Origin: Octopus sinensis
Taxonomy: Eukaryota
DNA length: 64,000 bases
Assembly (NCBI RefSeq): GCF_006345805.1
Contig: NC_042999.1
Span: forward strand, 131,006,001 to 131,070,000
Direction of reading: 5' to 3'
The first letter of the stretch is position 1. The number at the start of each line of letters is the position of its first letter. This document shows, piece by piece, positions 62,467-64,000 of the stretch. A model generated the notes under the pieces. That model was not told the DNA's origin. It worked only from the letters and a program-made list of their open reading frames with translations, and made no database searches. The position numbers and the translations under genes were made by a program.

Positions 62467-62871
62467 AAACAAGTCAAAATAGAAAATGCTAAGATAATTT
62501 TATAAAGAACATTTTAGTACCGGTTTCGGTCATTTTGAGACCTTTTCAACTGTAACGATTAAATAATTAAATTTAGAAAAATTAGAAGGAAAGTTTTTTA
62601 AAGGAATATTGGTATAGTGTTCAAATATAAGTGGCATTCTGCCTTTCTCTGTCTCCCTTGTTTACACAAACAAGGGAGACAGAGAAAGGCAGAATGCCAC
62701 TTATATTTGAACACTATACCAATATTCCTTTAAAAAAACTTTCCTTCTAATTTTTCTAAATTTAATTATTTAATCGTTACAGTTGAAAAGGTCTCAAAAT
62801 GACCGAAACCGGTACTAAAATGTTCTTTATAAAATTATCTTAGCATTTTCTATTTTGACTTGTTTTTTCAT
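62461..62871. repeat. Near-perfect palindrome, 203/204-bp arms, 4-nt loop (ACAC), embedded in (TA)n
   Basis: Arms 62461-62663 and 62668-62871 are identical except for one homopolymer indel (T6 versus A7). Confidence 0.98.
62775..62822 (+). ncRNA. Candidate minimal type I hammerhead ribozyme (U3-A8 variant); mirror copy at 62510-62557(-)
   Basis: CGUUACAG|UUGAAAA|GGUC UCAAAAU GACC|GAA|ACCGGU|A|CUAAAAUG: 4-bp stem II, GAAA, palindromic stem III, GUA triplet, and stem I AG/CU + CGUU/AAUG. Fold assigned by eye. Confidence 0.65.
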
Positions 62872-62884
62872 ATATATCAACTCG

Positions 62885-62950
62885 TTATATATATGTATAC
62901 ACATATATATATATATAAATACATACATACATACATATATATATACATAT

Positions 62951-62987
<37 letters not shown>

Positions 62988-63064
62988 AATATATATACAT
63001 ATATATACATGTATATATATATATATATACACACACACATATATATACACACACATATATATAT

Positions 63065-63099
<35 letters not shown>

Positions 63100-63145
63100 A
63101 TGCATACCTATATACACACATACACACACACGCGCATATATATAT
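62885..63145. repeat. (TA)n/(CA)n/(TG)n compound microsatellite
   Basis: Directly visible. Confidence 0.95.
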
Positions 63146-63146
63146 A

Positions 63147-63531
63147 GGTGCAGGCGTGGCTGCGTGGTAAGAAGCTTGCTTTCCAACCACATGGTTCCAG
63201 GTTCAGTCTGAATGTGTGGCACCTTTAGCAAGTATTTTCTACTATAGCCTCAGGCTGACCAAAGCTTTGTGAATGGATTTGGTAGATGGAAACTGAAAGA
63301 AGCTCATTGTGTGTGTGTGTGTGCACCACTATCCACTATTGCTTGACAACTGGTGTTGGTGAGTTTATGTTCATATAACTTAGTACCTTAGCAATAGACA
63401 TAGATAGAGTTAGTACCAGGTTTAACAAAAAATAAATATTGAGAGGGAGTCAAGACATACATGTAAAAATTCTTGAAGGTTGTTTTCCCCAACATGGCTG
63501 AAATCCAACGATTGAAACAAGTAAGAGATAA
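63147..63531 (+). mobile_element. SINE family B
   Basis: Head AGGTGCAGGCGTGGCTGCGTGGTAAG, body and internal (TG)n as in other copies. Confidence 0.85.
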
Positions 63532-64000
63532 GACATAAAGTTACATGTTCATTCATACATATTCACATGGTGTATTTGTGGTCATACATGATATAAAGGC
63601 TCTGTAACCTCTTGCTGAAAAACCTACACATGGACAAATTATTTATTTATTGTGATCAAATTTGTGCCGAACATGAACACACTCAATCCATCAAATGAAC
63701 ATTACCTGTACAGGTGCACAGTGTGTCACACATTAGATGTTGAAGAGATCACAGAGGCATGTGAAATGAAGAAATGAAGAACACAATACACCTCCAGTAC
63801 AGGGATTGAAACCATAATCTAGCAATTACGAGTGTGACAACCTAAGCTCTAGGCTATGGACCCTCACTGTATGTATATATATACACATATATGTATGTGT
63901 GTGTGTGTGTGTGTGTACATATATATATGTGCATGTATATCATTTAACCACAATAGTGGCTGAATATATTCCACCAATTTTGTCAATCATAGCAGCTTCC

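Overview
AT-rich, repeat-dense eukaryotic genomic DNA. The SINE/LINE content and microsatellite load suggest an octopod cephalopod, which is an inference not tested by any search. One host gene is supported: the last seven coding exons of DUS2 (tRNA-dihydrouridine synthase 2) on the + strand, 5502-26587. All introns are GT-AG with consistent phases, giving 1071 nt = 356 aa + stop, covering the end of the catalytic domain, the linker, the dsRBD and an acidic tail. The 5' exons lie upstream of the window. The rest is mobile DNA: a decayed full-length mariner, RTE, Tx1/L1, R4/Dong, CR1-like and CRE-like LINE remnants, three tRNA-derived SINE families, TTAA MITEs, a mini-Helitron and many micro/minisatellites. 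The most striking unexplained structures are two long palindromes, 17389-17675 (in a DUS2 intron) and 62461-62871. Each arm carries a minimal type I hammerhead-ribozyme-like fold with a self-complementary stem III, as in Penelope-type ribozymes, and a non-canonical but covarying 3-8 core pair (G3-C8 and U3-A8). A third, degenerate motif lies at about 48565-48600. All assignments were made by eye; no searches or folding programs were run.
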